DNA of 64,000 nucleotides from an uncultured Chloroflexia bacterium (GTDB lineage Bacteria; Chloroflexota; Chloroflexia; Chloroflexales; Herpetosiphonaceae). This document shows, one piece after another, positions 50,723 through 60,465 of the stretch. Position numbers and translations under genes: made by a program. How positions within the stretch are numbered: position 1 is the stretch's first letter; every line of letters begins with the position of its first letter. The notes beneath the pieces were generated by a model. It searched no databases. It had not been told where the DNA came from and saw nothing but the letters and a program-made list of their open reading frames with translations. The stretch is taken from assembly GCA_963767035.1 (NCBI GenBank), contig CAVYBW010000001.1, positions 2,118,547-2,182,546 on the forward strand, given 5' to 3'.

Positions 50723-52237
50723 TTGCTCTTTTTCGCTATCGCCATGGCTGGTGGCAGTTTATGGCTGGTCAACCCAGAGGATTTCTGGTGGCATCTCAAA
50801 ATTGGTGATCTGATTCGTGAAACTGGAACTATCCCTGAGCTTGGGCTATTTTCGGCAACCCAAGCCAATACGCCATTTTTCTATCAAAGCTGGCTGGCCG
50901 AAGTAGTGTTCTCTTGGACATATCAGCTTGGCGGATTAGTTGCCATCTTGCAATTGCGCAATCTCTTACTCATCGCCACCTACGGATTATTACTTTGGCA
51001 TAGCCTACGCCGAACCCAAGGCAATGGTCGGGCCGTCATGCTTGGCTTAATATTTATGGTGATCGTAGCATTCAACAATTGGAATGTACGGCCACAGATG
51101 TTTTCGTGGTTGCTTTTTGCCGCAACCTTTGTGATTGTCAGTGAAGTTGCGACCGAACGCTGGTCGACCAAAGCTTTATGGCTCCTGCCAATCATCGAAA
51201 TAGCCTGGGTTAACCTGCATGGCGCGTTCACGCTTGGGCCGATTATTGTCGGCGCAGCAGCAGTTGGTGCAATTATCGATCGGCGCCGCGATCATCCTGA
51301 AGCACCGATCTACCCAACTATGCGCGCGCTCTGGCTTGCCTTGGCCGCAATGCTTGCAGCAACCTTGGTCAATCCCCGTGGCTGGGGCGTTTTGGTGTAT
51401 GTGTGGAAACTTTTAACCGACCCATCGAGCCAAGAATTAATTAGTGAATGGTCTTCGCCGTTATCGACCCTCGGGAACCCAGTTTCTCAGCTCTTGCTTG
51501 CGGTAGTCTTTATTGCGGTGATTATGCTCTTGGTGGTTTGGAAAAAAATGCGCAGTGCAGATCTGTTGATCATCGCAACAATGATTGGATTAACATTAAC
51601 TGGCATTCGCTATCAACTGTGGTTTGGCATGGCAGCAGGCCCAATTATTGCCGAAGCATTGGTGCGGCGCGGACGATTGAAATTGATCAAGCGCAATCCC
51701 GCTGCGCCCAAGGCAATTGCATTTTTGACCCTCGCGATCCTTGGGCTTGGCCTGCTGGTTCAGCCCATTGTTCGGATTTGGCTGCCGTTGCCTGAGGCAT
51801 TGAATGGCGCAAGCGGTGATTTGCAGCATGCCGAATTAGCCACGGCAGCAACGCCAATTCAAGCAGTAGCCTTTCTCCAAGCCAATCCACCCCGCCAAGC
51901 CTACTATCATGAAATGCGCTATAGCAGCTACTTGATCTGGAAGGCTGGCGAGCAGTTGCCGGTGTTTGTCGATACACGGGTTGAGTTGTACCCAATTGCC
52001 CAATGGAATGAATATAAGTGCATTATGGCAGGCAATGATTGGGAACGCCTCTTAGCCAAATATACCATGCATACAATTATTGTTGATCGCGAAATAGGCA
52101 AAGATCTGATCAGCGTAGTCCAAGCTAATGCCGCTTGGCAAGAGGTGTATGCTGATCAACAAACGCTTATTTTCGAGCGCGATGCCCAAGCAGCCCAGCC
52201 AATTAGCACAAACATTTCGTGCCCTGCAACCAATTAG
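50723..52237 (+). CDS. Polytopic membrane protein, GT-C-like glycosyltransferase candidate
   Basis: About 11 TM helices in the first 350 aa, then a soluble C-terminal domain. Architecture resembles GT-C fold lipid-linked-sugar transferases. Confidence 0.45.
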   Translation: MLFFAIAMAGGSLWLVNPEDFWWHLKIGDLIRETGTIPELGLFSATQANTPFFYQSWLAEVVFSWTYQLGGLVAILQLRNLLLIATYGLLLWHSLRRTQGNGRAVMLGLIFMVIVAFNNWNVRPQMFSWLLFAATFVIVSEVATERWSTKALWLLPIIEIAWVNLHGAFTLGPIIVGAAAVGAIIDRRRDHPEAPIYPTMRALWLALAAMLAATLVNPRGWGVLVYVWKLLTDPSSQELISEWSSPLSTLGNPVSQLLLAVVFIAVIMLLVVWKKMRSADLLIIATMIGLTLTGIRYQLWFGMAAGPIIAEALVRRGRLKLIKRNPAAPKAIAFLTLAILGLGLLVQPIVRIWLPLPEALNGASGDLQHAELATAATPIQAVAFLQANPPRQAYYHEMRYSSYLIWKAGEQLPVFVDTRVELYPIAQWNEYKCIMAGNDWERLLAKYTMHTIIVDREIGKDLISVVQANAAWQEVYADQQTLIFERDAQAAQPISTNISCPATN

Positions 52238-52251
52238 TATAAGGAATTCGC

Positions 52252-52536
52252 ATGCAGTCGTTTGATCAGCCACCAAGCTCGCCCAACCGTGCCAATTTAA
52301 GCCCTGAAGAACGCAAACTTCGGCGTTCGATTGCGTTGGCAATGCTTTTTTCGCCAACAATGTGTGTGCTGCCATTATTGGCTTTTATTGCACGCCAAAG
52401 TAGTTATAGCGCAGTGATTTGGGCCATCTGGTTGCTGATCACAATTGCCTTAGTGACAGTTATTTGGCGGGCCGCCAGTGGGCTTCGCAAAATTGCCGAA
52501 CAACGCATGCAAAACGAATCCTCATCCAATCTTTAA
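52252..52536 (+). CDS. Small membrane protein
   Basis: 94 aa with two TM helices; RBS aagga. Confidence 0.4.
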   Translation: MQSFDQPPSSPNRANLSPEERKLRRSIALAMLFSPTMCVLPLLAFIARQSSYSAVIWAIWLLITIALVTVIWRAASGLRKIAEQRMQNESSSNL

Positions 52537-52608
52537 ACAAAGCCTGCATCTACTACGCTTCGTTTCAACGAATAGAGGTCGATGCAGTTTTCTTTGTAGC
52601 AAGGATGG

Positions 52609-53169
52609 GTGTGTATGCTTGGACAACGGGTCGAACGCAGTTTGCTGGTCGTCGATGAAACTGATCAGCAGGTGGATTTGGTGCAACGCTATCAGCAACG
52701 CTCAATTTTGTTGATGTTGATGCGCCATGTTGGTTGTGGCCTGTGCCGCCAACAACTGTATCGTTTACGCGATTATCAACAGCGCTTTCAAAATGCCGAT
52801 TGCGAAATTGCGGTGATTACGATGGGCGATGCCACCATGGCCAAAGGTTTTCGCCAACTCAACCAACTGCCATTTGCCGTTTATTCCGACCCCAAACAAC
52901 AAATCTACGAAGCCTTTGAAATTGGCCAAGCCTCGCTCTGGACGGTCGCTGGGCCGCATGTTTTAGCTCGCCAAATGCTGCTGGCCTTCAAAGGCATTCC
53001 TTCATCGGTCAACCTAGCTGCCGAATCGATTCGCCGCCTCGGTGGCATTGTGCTGCTCAATCCCCAAGCCGAAATTGCGTTTCATCATGTGGCCAACCCA
53101 ATCTATCGTTACCCGGCATGGGAAGAAGTATTGAACCTTTTGGAACACCCGCAACAACGCGCTGCCTAA
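52609..53169 (+). CDS. Thioredoxin-fold redox protein (AhpC/TSA_2 / peroxiredoxin-like), copy 1
   Basis: HVGCGLCR CxxC motif in a thioredoxin-like context; about 45% identical to the next gene. Confidence 0.6.
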   Translation: MCMLGQRVERSLLVVDETDQQVDLVQRYQQRSILLMLMRHVGCGLCRQQLYRLRDYQQRFQNADCEIAVITMGDATMAKGFRQLNQLPFAVYSDPKQQIYEAFEIGQASLWTVAGPHVLARQMLLAFKGIPSSVNLAAESIRRLGGIVLLNPQAEIAFHHVANPIYRYPAWEEVLNLLEHPQQRAA

Positions 53170-53242
53170 ACTGGATACATCCTTTTACTGCCACTTTCAC
53201 GTAGCATAGAGTAGTGAATATGTGGAGCGATTGGATCTGATT

Positions 53243-53785
53243 ATGACAGCAGTAGCAACGAATCCAATGACCGATTTATGGGTCTTGAATGAAGCAAATG
53301 AACGGGTAGAGTTTGAAAGTCTCTGGCACGAAAAGCCAGCTTTGATCTTTTTTATGCGCAATATTGGCTGTGGTATTTGCCGCCAAACCTTATTGAAGCT
53401 GCGCGATCATGCTGAAGAATTCAAAAACGCTGGTTGGCAGATTACGGTGATCATGATGGGCAATGCCGAGCTGGTTTCGCGCTTCCGTTCGATGTACAAT
53501 ATTCCCTTCCCAATTTATGTTGACCAGAGCTTACAAGTCTACGATTATTTTGATATTGTTGAGGGATCATGGCTGGAAGTGCTCTCGCCGCAGGTGCTAA
53601 TTCGCCAAGCCCGGCTATTAGTCGGCGGTATGGAGTTGCTGAATGGCGCTGGCTCGATGCGGCGGCTTGGCGGCACGGTCGCAATCAATCAAGCAGGCAA
53701 AGTGGTCTATCATCATGTGGCCAACCCAATTTATCGATATCCCGAGTGGTCAAGCGTGTTGCAAACCTTACAACAAGCAAGCTAA
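53243..53785 (+). CDS. Thioredoxin-fold redox protein (AhpC/TSA_2 / peroxiredoxin-like), copy 2 (tandem paralog)
   Basis: NIGCGICR CxxC motif and the shared C-terminal block YHHVANPIYRYPEW. Confidence 0.6.
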   Translation: MTAVATNPMTDLWVLNEANERVEFESLWHEKPALIFFMRNIGCGICRQTLLKLRDHAEEFKNAGWQITVIMMGNAELVSRFRSMYNIPFPIYVDQSLQVYDYFDIVEGSWLEVLSPQVLIRQARLLVGGMELLNGAGSMRRLGGTVAINQAGKVVYHHVANPIYRYPEWSSVLQTLQQAS

Positions 53786-54565
53786 AGCCAAACCAAGCCA
53801 TAGCTTAGCAATCCAGGTTGTTGTTGTAAACCAAGCTTTTGGGCCAGCCGATACGAGGCCAGATTTTTGCTCGAACATTCCCAATGTACCTGCAAGCCAC
53901 GCTGACGGCATGCTGCGAATCATGGCGGTTGCCAAGTGATAGCCCAAACCTTGCTTTTGATAGGCTTCCACGGTTTCGATTCCTAAACCACAGCCTTGGG
54001 AGCTTAAATATTCAGCCGTACACCAAGCGACAATTGTTTGCTCAACACAGATTGCCAAACCTAAGCCGTTGGTTAAAAAACGCTCAAGGCTCGGCCACAT
54101 CCAGCTAATTTCTTGAATAATTGGCTGCGCACTTGGCTGTTGCAATAATTCAGCATCAAGCTGTTGGAGCCGAAATTGGCTTGCCAATGGGGTATTTGCA
54201 AGCGCTTGGGCTTGATCGATAAAAAAATAGCTGCTGCTGGGCTGAGCTTGGTAGGGATTGAGCAAGTGGTTCAATTCAAGCTGGCTATTACGTAGCAAAC
54301 GCAGCTTAATCACCTGACGAGCAGGCATAGCTGGAACGACGGTTTGCAGCCAATGCTGGTTAAATTCAGCCTGATCGAGCGTTCGATCACTCGCCAAATA
54401 CAACACATTGTTGGCTTGATCCCAACAACTACTCCAGGTAGCGGCCTGCCAATAGCAACCTTGCGAATTGCCAGCCGCAAGCGCAGCATACACCAAGCCA
54501 AATTGGGGATCACGCGGAAAACGACGATCGTTGGCAAGTTCGGCTAAGGGTCGTTGGTCAATCAT
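53768..54565 (-). CDS. GNAT-like acetyltransferase
   Basis: C-terminal motif A QGCGLGIETVEAYQKQGLGYHLATAMI. Confidence 0.5.
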   Translation of the reverse strand: MIDQRPLAELANDRRFPRDPQFGLVYAALAAGNSQGCYWQAATWSSCWDQANNVLYLASDRTLDQAEFNQHWLQTVVPAMPARQVIKLRLLRNSQLELNHLLNPYQAQPSSSYFFIDQAQALANTPLASQFRLQQLDAELLQQPSAQPIIQEISWMWPSLERFLTNGLGLAICVEQTIVAWCTAEYLSSQGCGLGIETVEAYQKQGLGYHLATAMIRSMPSAWLAGTLGMFEQKSGLVSAGPKAWFTTTTWIAKLWLGLALACLL

Positions 54566-54710
54566 CGCAGCCTCATCTCTATTGATTAACCCTTAGCTTA
54601 CCACCATTATTGGGTTTGCCATCATGCAGCTGCTGAAATTGAGCCCAATCAGGTTAAATGCCAACGTGGCCTCGATCGCTCAAGGCCACGATTAAACGCA
54701 CACTCCTCGC

Positions 54711-55511
54711 TTATTGGACAACCGCTTGGCTAGCCAAGGCCTTGGTTTCGACCCAGTTCAAGGCATAATCGGCCACTTCTTGCCAATTGGGTTGGCCCAC
54801 AATAAAATGATTGCGCCCAGCAAATTGCTTGAAATCGGTTAGTGATGGGCTGTGGCGATATTTGCGATAGTTACTGTAGTTCAGCGAAGCCGGAATAATA
54901 TGGTCAATTTCGCCAGCAATCAACAGTAGCGGAGCATGCGCAGCCTTGAAATCAACCCGACTCACACTGGTCAACGATTGGCGCAGGTTTTTTAGTGATT
55001 CAGGCACAACGTGGGTTTGATAAATCGCTTGTTGCTCGGCTAAAGCCATGCCATTGACAAACGTATATTGAAAATGCTCAAACGGCATACTATAGGGCTT
55101 GCTGGTTGAGCGAAATGGATTCAGCATTGGCAAGGACGATTTGATAAACGACCACTTAGTGCTGATCACGCCCTGTGGTGGAGCTGAATCAATCGCCACA
55201 CCAGCACTAATTAATTGGCGACTCGCCAAAATTTGGGTAATCAGGCCGCCCATTGAATGGCCAATTGCAATCGGCTTTTCGGGCAAGCTCTGAATAAAGT
55301 TGACATGAAAATCGATACTTTCACGCAAATCGTGCTGCGCCAGCGCAGGATCGTTGGCTCGTTGCTGCAATTCAGCCACCGTTTGATCACGGCCTGGCCA
55401 AGCTGGCGTTAGGACCGTATAACCCTTGGCTTGATAATGTTCGACCCACGGCTGCCACGAGTGCTTGGAAACAAATAAACCGTGAATTAAGACAATCGTT
55501 GTATTTGGCAT
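54711..55511 (-). CDS. Alpha/beta-fold hydrolase
   Basis: IVLIHGLFVS...GHSMGG nucleophile elbow. Confidence 0.8.
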   Translation of the reverse strand: MPNTTIVLIHGLFVSKHSWQPWVEHYQAKGYTVLTPAWPGRDQTVAELQQRANDPALAQHDLRESIDFHVNFIQSLPEKPIAIGHSMGGLITQILASRQLISAGVAIDSAPPQGVISTKWSFIKSSLPMLNPFRSTSKPYSMPFEHFQYTFVNGMALAEQQAIYQTHVVPESLKNLRQSLTSVSRVDFKAAHAPLLLIAGEIDHIIPASLNYSNYRKYRHSPSLTDFKQFAGRNHFIVGQPNWQEVADYALNWVETKALASQAVVQ

Positions 55512-55610
55512 GAGAATCCATCCATTTCTATACGGCGACGTTGGTCGCGGCGAGTTATCTGAAGGGATTCTAGCCGAGCATCAAGGGACAAAATGTCCTT
55601 TGGCGTTATG

Positions 55611-56552
55611 TTAGTTGCTATGATTAAGGCCAAGTGGCAGGCCAATTTCGGCATAAATCGCTTGGCTTTCGGCGTTGGCGGGCAAAAACGCCACAATTTG
55701 CGGAAAATCAAACTGAAAATAGCCTGCCGACATCAGCAATGGGCGCAACCATGCGCGCTTGGGCGTAGGCTTGGTATGCGGAATCAACGCTTCGAGCACA
55801 ATCGTTGGTGATTCGAGGCCCATATTCGGTGTGACCAGCGGTTTATCTAAGCTGACCGTCGGCCAGTGGCTAGCAAATTCGGGCAATTGCAGCAATGTAG
55901 CAACCAATTGCTGATACCATGGCTCATATTGACAGAGCAAATTGGCCTGTTTAAAGCCATAAATCGTTTTGCGCAGCATATGCTGCCACGAAGCCCGATT
56001 TTGAATTAACTGCGGATATAAGGGTAACGCCGGATTGCACAACAAACCCAACACATTCAATTGGCTTGGATCAATCGCCGCCAGCATTTCGGGCGTAACC
56101 CCAAACAGATTCAGCAAATGCTGATTAAAATAATGCATCTGCCAATCGCGATTGATCACAAAGGCCGGCATGCTCAGCTGTTGCACAATCTCAATCGTAA
56201 TCTCGAGAATTGGCGTAAGTGTAGTGCCAGTCAGATAAGGCATTATCGGCGCGCTATCGGCAGCGATCAGTAAGCGATTGCGCTCCTCAATCGTGCAATT
56301 CAGATAATCGGCAATATCCATCACCACCTCGCGGCGTGGCGGGCGGGTAATCCGGCCTTTGCGCATCTGCTTATAACTGCTATAAACCATGTCTTCAAGT
56401 TCAGTGCGATTCCAAGCCCGTGGCCCCCAAGGATCGTCAAGTTGCCAACGGTTTTGCGGCACATGGCCTTGCTGGCGACGGGTCAATAATTCCTCAACCA
56501 CTCCCACAAAATCCAGACAATCGGCATGCACCAGCTGTTGCCCAAGCGCCAT
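55611..56552 (-). CDS. MmyB-like transcriptional regulator (XRE-type HTH plus ligand-binding domain)
   Basis: RBS aaggag. N-terminal ...TRPPRREVVMDIADYLNCTIEERNRLLIAAD fits the MmyB HTH-to-linker pattern. The C-terminal domain is of MmyB-like size. Confidence 0.5.
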   Translation of the reverse strand: MALGQQLVHADCLDFVGVVEELLTRRQQGHVPQNRWQLDDPWGPRAWNRTELEDMVYSSYKQMRKGRITRPPRREVVMDIADYLNCTIEERNRLLIAADSAPIMPYLTGTTLTPILEITIEIVQQLSMPAFVINRDWQMHYFNQHLLNLFGVTPEMLAAIDPSQLNVLGLLCNPALPLYPQLIQNRASWQHMLRKTIYGFKQANLLCQYEPWYQQLVATLLQLPEFASHWPTVSLDKPLVTPNMGLESPTIVLEALIPHTKPTPKRAWLRPLLMSAGYFQFDFPQIVAFLPANAESQAIYAEIGLPLGLNHSN

Positions 56553-56635
56553 AAAAACTCCTTTTAATCGCAACTTGTCAAGTTGAATCAAGTGCAGTAT
56601 ACTTCATTTAAACGTTTAAATAGATGAGGCCAACG

Positions 56636-57568
56636 ATGGCAACGATCAAGGATGTTGCGCAATTAGCAGGGGTTTCCGTTGCCACGGTGTCGTATGTCTT
56701 GAATGACAGCGTTCCGGTCAGCGAAGCCACGCGCAACAAAGTGCTCGTTGCAGTTGCCAAGCTCGGCTATCAACCCCATCGTCAAGGCCGCAATCTCCAA
56801 CGTCAACGCACCTTAACCATTGGCGTGCTCTTGCCACAAGCGAATCTCTTATGTGAACTTGATTTAGCAACATGGCTGCTCGAAGCCACCAACGCCGCTA
56901 CCAGTGCGGGCTATAGCCTCTTGCTCCAACCCGCCGATAGTCAAGCCCGTGGTGATTTAGCCGATGGCTGGATTAGCTTTGGTACGCCGCTTGACCCACA
57001 GTTGCCCCAAATTTGGGCGCTTGCCCCCCCGTTTGATCAACCAGCCGTTTTGTGTGACGCAGCCTTTGCAGCGCAACGGGCGGTTGAAACTTTGACCCAC
57101 TCGGGGATGCGGCGGATTGGCCTCATTACGTTGCCACGCAGCATTCCAGGCTCGGCCCGTTGGTATCTTGGCTATCGGCGTGCGCTACGGCGGGCAGGCA
57201 TCAACTTTGATCCTGCATTGGTCGTCGAGCCAGCCAATAATCGCTTTCACGATGGCGTAGCAGCGTATGAAGCGCTTGCCGCCAGCGAAAACGATTATGA
57301 TGGCTTGATCGTGTGTGGCAACCAACTGGCAACCGGGGTTGTGATGGTCGATCACGCCAAAGTGCCAGTGATTGTCAGTCATAGCAGTACCCAGCGCGGA
57401 ATTTCGGGCTTTCGTTGGCCAACCGAACTATGGGCACACACCTTGGTGCGAAAACTCCTACAACAGCTTGACACAACAGCCATAGCTCATCGCACATGGC
57501 TTAACCCAAGCTTAGTGATTGGTTCATTAGGTTTCAAGGAGGATCTAGATGGCTTCAATTACGTTTGA
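56636..57568 (+). CDS. LacI-family transcriptional regulator
   Basis: [26 protein letters not shown] plus a periplasmic-binding-protein-like sugar-binding domain. Confidence 0.9.
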   Translation: MATIKDVAQLAGVSVATVSYVLNDSVPVSEATRNKVLVAVAKLGYQPHRQGRNLQRQRTLTIGVLLPQANLLCELDLATWLLEATNAATSAGYSLLLQPADSQARGDLADGWISFGTPLDPQLPQIWALAPPFDQPAVLCDAAFAAQRAVETLTHSGMRRIGLITLPRSIPGSARWYLGYRRALRRAGINFDPALVVEPANNRFHDGVAAYEALAASENDYDGLIVCGNQLATGVVMVDHAKVPVIVSHSSTQRGISGFRWPTELWAHTLVRKLLQQLDTTAIAHRTWLNPSLVIGSLGFKEDLDGFNYV

Positions 57569-58652
57569 TCACGTTGATAAAGTCTTTGGCGATGTTCATG
57601 TACTCAAAGATCTCAACATCGATATTCCCGACCAAGAATTTTTGGTGCTGGTTGGCCCTTCAGGCTGTGGTAAATCAACCGCGTTGCGCTGTTTGGCTGG
57701 CCTCGAAGAAATCACCGGCGGTCAAATTATGATCGGGGATCGCGTGGTCAACAACGTTGCGCCCAAAGATCGTGATATCGCCATGGTGTTTCAAAGCTAT
57801 GCCTTGTATCCTCACATGACCGTGTTTGATAACATGGCCTTCGGCTTGAAGTTGCGCAAAGTTCCCAAGCCCGAAATCAAGCGCCGGGTCGAAGAAGCTG
57901 CCGAAATGATGGGCATTGGCCACTTGCTTGATCGAAAGCCACGCCAGCTTTCCGGTGGTCAACGCCAACGGGTAGCCTTGGGCCGAGCGATCGTGCGCGA
58001 CCCAGCGGTCTTCTTGATGGACGAACCACTCTCGAACTTGGATGCCAAGTTGCGGGTGCAAACACGGGCCGAAATCAGCAAATTGCACCAACGGCTCAAA
58101 ACCACCTTCATCTACGTGACCCACGACCAAACCGAAGCCATGACCATGGGTTCGCGGATTGCGGTTATGCGTGATGGCTTGTTGCAACAACTTGATAGCC
58201 CACAAACCTTGTATGATCATCCGGTCAACAAATTTGTGGCTGGCTTCATTGGCTCGCCTTCTATGAACTTTGTCAAAGGCACCTTGACCAAGGGCGATGG
58301 CCGCTTGTTCTTCGATGCTGGCAGCTTCTCAGTGCCAATTCCCAACAGCCGCCGCACCCATATCGAATCGTATGTTGGCAAAGAAGTTGAGCTTGGCGTG
58401 CGCCCAGAAGACGTTCACGATGCAGCGCTCTTGCCACCAGGCATTAACGGCGATGCGATCGTTGAAACCACCGTCGATGTGACCGAACCAATGGGTAGCG
58501 AAATCTACGCCTACCTGCAAAGCGGTCAACACTCAATCATCGGGCGCTTCGACCCACGAACCTCAGCCCGCCCAGGCCAGCCAATTCGCGCAGTCTATGA
58601 TATGGAAAAAATGCATATCTTCGACATCGCCACCGAAAAAGCTTTGGTCTAA
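57549..58652 (+). CDS. ABC transporter ATP-binding protein, sugar-import type (MalK/UgpC/MsmX-like)
   Basis: Walker [10 protein letters not shown], signature [10 protein letters not shown], Walker [12 protein letters not shown], and a C-terminal TOBE-like regulatory domain. No permease or SBP genes are adjacent. Confidence 0.9.
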   Translation: MASITFDHVDKVFGDVHVLKDLNIDIPDQEFLVLVGPSGCGKSTALRCLAGLEEITGGQIMIGDRVVNNVAPKDRDIAMVFQSYALYPHMTVFDNMAFGLKLRKVPKPEIKRRVEEAAEMMGIGHLLDRKPRQLSGGQRQRVALGRAIVRDPAVFLMDEPLSNLDAKLRVQTRAEISKLHQRLKTTFIYVTHDQTEAMTMGSRIAVMRDGLLQQLDSPQTLYDHPVNKFVAGFIGSPSMNFVKGTLTKGDGRLFFDAGSFSVPIPNSRRTHIESYVGKEVELGVRPEDVHDAALLPPGINGDAIVETTVDVTEPMGSEIYAYLQSGQHSIIGRFDPRTSARPGQPIRAVYDMEKMHIFDIATEKALV

Positions 58653-58675
58653 GCAAGGCTATTCACAGTATAATA

Positions 58676-58713
58676 ACAAAGACGTAGGTAATTCCTACGT
58701 CTTTGTTAGGTTT
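58676..58713 (+). terminator. Candidate rho-independent terminator
   Basis: acaaagacgtagg / cctacgtctttgt, 13 bp stem with a 5 nt loop, followed by a weak T-tract (taggttt). Confidence 0.5.
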
Positions 58714-58719
58714 AACGGA

Positions 58720-59379
58720 ATGAGATCTATGCCAAACCCAGCCTTCGTGGCGGCACTCCAAGCCCAACTTGCCAATATCCAGCACGATAATGAAGTTCGT
58801 TCGAGGCTTTTGCCAACCCTCAGCAATGGTAAACACAGCCGTAATTTATTGCCCCCTGATAACATTCAACCACGCCATGGCGCAGTCCTAGCGTTGCTGT
58901 ATCCCCAATTTGGCCAATTATTTGTGCCATTAACCGTGCGCAGCGGCAATTTGCGCAGCCACACTGGCGAAATCTCGCTGCCTGGCGGCTCGATTGACCC
59001 AAGCGATGATAGCCCAGAGGCCGCCGCCTTGCGCGAAGCCCACGAAGAAATTGGCTTGCAATCGCCCAAACTCACAATTATCGGGCGGCTTAGCGATTTG
59101 TATGTGCCAGTCAGCAATTTTCTGATCACGCCGATTGTGGCATGGCTTGATCATACGCCTGATTTGCAACCAAACCCTAGTGAGGTTGCCGATGTGCTGC
59201 ATCTGCCATTGCAGCAGCTTTGGGCCATTGATGCCGTGCAAACCGAGCAACGAATGATTCGTGGCGTAAGCCTACAAGTGCCACACTATCCGTATGGCGA
59301 GCACAAAATTTGGGGCGCAACCTCAATTATTTTGGCTCAATTGGCTTTACGGGTGCAAGCTGCGCTCGACCAAGCCTAA
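58720..59379 (+). CDS. Nudix hydrolase (CoA pyrophosphatase-like)
   Basis: Nudix box LPGGSID...AALREAHEEIGL. Confidence 0.75.
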   Translation: MRSMPNPAFVAALQAQLANIQHDNEVRSRLLPTLSNGKHSRNLLPPDNIQPRHGAVLALLYPQFGQLFVPLTVRSGNLRSHTGEISLPGGSIDPSDDSPEAAALREAHEEIGLQSPKLTIIGRLSDLYVPVSNFLITPIVAWLDHTPDLQPNPSEVADVLHLPLQQLWAIDAVQTEQRMIRGVSLQVPHYPYGEHKIWGATSIILAQLALRVQAALDQA

Positions 59380-59426
59380 ACCATTTAGGGTATACTAGCG
59401 GCTGATTCCTTAGCCTAAGTGAGCCA

Positions 59427-60464
59427 ATGAAACGGATTCTTGTTTGTACAGCTCAAGTGCCTTTTGCTCGTGGTGGAGCCGAATTGCTGGCCGAAGGTTT
59501 ATTGCAAGCCCTACGCCACGCTGGCCACGAGGCCGATTTGGTGGCCTTGCCTTTCAGCCGCACCCCGCATCGTGAGTTGCTGAATAGTGCCTTGGCTTGG
59601 CGCATGCTCGATCTCAGTCAGGTCGAAGATCGTCCAGTTGATCAAGTGATCTGTACCAAATTCCCGTCGTATGCCGTAGCTCACCCCAAAAAAGTGGTTT
59701 GGTTGGTGCATCAGCATCGCCAACTCTACGATTGGCGTGGCACCAGTTGGAGCGATTGGGGCAGCCAAGTTGATGATGATCAATTAGCCCGCAGCCTGAC
59801 TCGGCTTGATCAACATGCCTTGGCCGAAGCCAAACGCCGTTTTAGCATCTCCAAGATTGTGAGCCAGCGCTTGCAACGCTTCAATGGCCTCGCTAGCACC
59901 CCGCTCTATCCACCCTCGATTTATAGCGGGCGTTTACGCCAAGGCCGCTATGACCCCTACATTTTGAGCATTTCGCGGCTTGATCCTGCTAAACGGCTGG
60001 ATTTATTGCTGCATGCGCTGACCTACACCGAGCAACCAGTCAAGGCAATTATTGGCGGGCGAGGCCCAGCCATGGCCGAACTGCAAGCACTAGCCAAGCA
60101 ACTTGGGCTGGAAACACGGGTTGAGTTTCGTGGCTGGATGGACGATCAAACATTAATTGATTTGTATGCCGATGCCCGCGCAGTATTTTATGCCCCAATC
60201 GATGAGGATTTTGGCTTTGCGACGATCGAGGCGCTTGAAGCAGCCAAACCCGTATTGACCGCCCAAGATTCGGGCACAGTTTTAGAATTTATTCACGATG
60301 GCAAGACCGGCTTTGTTGCCCCAGCCGAACCACGGGCCATGGCTGCCCGGCTTGATGCGCTTTGGCAATCGCCCGATTTGGCAGCCAAACTTGGCAGCAA
60401 CGGCCCAGCGATGGTGGCCAATATTCGCTGGGAGCATGTCGTCAAGCAGTTAGTTTTAGATTAA
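59427..60464 (+). CDS. Family 4 (group 1) glycosyltransferase
   Basis: N-terminal ILVCTAQVPFARGGAE and C-terminal GT-B motif FGFATIEALEAAKPVL. Confidence 0.8.
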   Translation: MKRILVCTAQVPFARGGAELLAEGLLQALRHAGHEADLVALPFSRTPHRELLNSALAWRMLDLSQVEDRPVDQVICTKFPSYAVAHPKKVVWLVHQHRQLYDWRGTSWSDWGSQVDDDQLARSLTRLDQHALAEAKRRFSISKIVSQRLQRFNGLASTPLYPPSIYSGRLRQGRYDPYILSISRLDPAKRLDLLLHALTYTEQPVKAIIGGRGPAMAELQALAKQLGLETRVEFRGWMDDQTLIDLYADARAVFYAPIDEDFGFATIEALEAAKPVLTAQDSGTVLEFIHDGKTGFVAPAEPRAMAARLDALWQSPDLAAKLGSNGPAMVANIRWEHVVKQLVLD

Positions 60465-60465
60465 T

